Assembly (NCBI GenBank): GCA_001724265.1
Contig: MEDY01000200.1
Span: 1 to 53,061, forward strand
From: Rhizaria sp. SCN 62-66
Lineage: Eukaryota
Direction of reading: 5' to 3'
Length of the DNA: 53,061 bases
Shown: piece by piece, positions 51,810-53,061 of the stretch
Numbering within the stretch: position 1 is the first letter of the stretch
Layout: every line of letters begins with the position of its first letter
Program-made: the position numbers and the translations under genes
Notes under the pieces: generated by a model
Database searches by the model: none
What the model saw: the letters and a program-made list of their open reading frames with translations, nothing else
What the model was told of the DNA's origin: nothing

Positions 51810-52833
51810 GCTTCTAAGAAATGACGGCGAAAACGCCACTTTAAAGAGCTGAAACCTCGGCAAAGCTGAAAGAGGCGAGGATAAAACCCGCTCGACAAAG
51901 AAGCAGGCGATTCTGCGTTATATTCATAGAGCTAGAGAGCTTTTGAGGAAGCACTCAATGACTTGCCTTGCAGCTTCGTGTTGCTAGCGAGAAGTATATG
52001 CGCTTTGGGCGTATAAAACGACGGAGTCGGGGTAGGAAGACTGCCCGTATAGACGTCTGTCGATGATTTGATGTCTGTTTTAATGATTTTTTTGCTCCTT
52101 TAGACGTGTTTTTGATGAATACACCCACCCACTTTGACTTCTCACTCAACCCTCTCAAAAAAGAGACCATATGACGGATTAAACAAGGAATTTTCGGAGT
52201 TTCAACAAACTTACAAAAAACTGCGCCGCAAAAAAAATCCTATTCTGAAACTCATATAAAACATGATAATACTCACATCGAAATATCTCTGCTTTTGTGT
52301 TTGCACGGTCGATGAGCTTGGGAGAAGAGAGCTCAGTCAAACCTGTCTGGTGAAGTTAGGACGCAGGCGGCTTAGTTTCCCGAGGGAAGTGCGAGAGGCT
52401 TGGAGCCCCGGGACCGAGCGAGGCAACTGAGGGCGACATTTCGACGGGCTGTCGGGCGCTGATTTCGCAACGTGTGCGCTCGTGGTTTATTGATGAGTTA
52501 TATGCGCTCGTATCGTGTCTATTCCTTTCTCTTTGCTCCGCGCTGGCGGTTGTTCCGCGCGGCGCAGACCGCTGCTGCACCCTGCCCCAGTCAGGTCGAG
52601 CCGACCTCTTCCCCCACTCTGCGCACGCCTTGTCTCTCTAGCTCAGCGCGTCCGCCCGAATTTTCCTGTCTTCCATAGATACTTCCTGTGATTTTCTCAC
52701 TGTTCCCTGTACATATCTTCTTCTGCCCCTCGTCTTCCGTTCCCCGCTCTCTCCTTTCCTTCCTTCGCTTGCCCTCTCTCCCCCTCTCTCGCTCCCACCC
52801 CTCTCGCTCGCTCCCACCTCCGTCTATAGCAAA

Positions 52834-53061
52834 ATGGCTACTTTCGCTAACGAGGTCCGCCTTTTCAACAAGTTCTCCCTGGACGACGTCTCCGTCCCCG
52901 ACCTCTCCCTGGTCGACTACATCACCATCAAGAAGCGCGCCGTCTACGCTCCCCACACCGCCGGCCGCTACGCCAAGCGCGCCTTCCGCAAGGCGTCCTG
53001 CCCCGTCGTCGAGCGCCTCGTCAACTCGATGATGTTCCACGGCCGCAACACCGGTAAGAAG
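52834..53061 (+). CDS. RPS5: 40S ribosomal protein S5 (uS7), 5' part, truncated by the window edge
   Basis: [76 protein letters not shown] is a clear eukaryotic uS7 N-terminus. It is missing from the ORF track because it has no stop in the window. Confidence 0.95.
   Translation, partial: MATFANEVRLFNKFSLDDVSVPDLSLVDYITIKKRAVYAPHTAGRYAKRAFRKASCPVVERLVNSMMFHGRNTGKK

Noticed and set aside
52260-52560. Possible snoRNA or other ncRNA upstream of RPS5 (TGATGA near 52491)
   Set aside because: No convincing paired C/D boxes with a terminal stem by eye; an Infernal/Rfam scan would be needed.

Overview
Eukaryotic (protist) nuclear DNA with GC-rich exons inflated by low-complexity Ala/Ser/Gly/Gln tracts and short AT-rich GT-AG introns of 140-322 nt, mostly with GTACGT donors. 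Genes I could reconstruct by hand: a UBX-like C-terminus, a helical-repeat hypothetical, a DDE_1 transposase remnant, a ~6,360-aa Scc2/NIPBL-like cohesin loader with a PHD finger, a STE20/GCK kinase, IMPACT/Yih1, a ~1,650-aa hypothetical, GPI mannosyltransferase PIG-Z/Smp3, a TPI-GAPDH fusion with a mitochondrial-type presequence, PIG-L, a small two-exon hypothetical and the 5' part of RPS5. The main finding is an apparent non-standard nuclear genetic code. At least 6 single in-frame TAG codons interrupt otherwise continuous genes, some within Gln runs and some between conserved PIG-Z motifs. All 10 well-supported gene ends are TAA or TGA. This suggests UAG is a sense codon, most likely Gln, uncoupled from UAA. 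Secondary signals are a clustered exonic TAAGTRCC/TAAGGG motif on both strands, rigid GTACGT donors and acceptor-like AGs abutting start codons. All family calls come from motif recognition by eye; no database searches were run.
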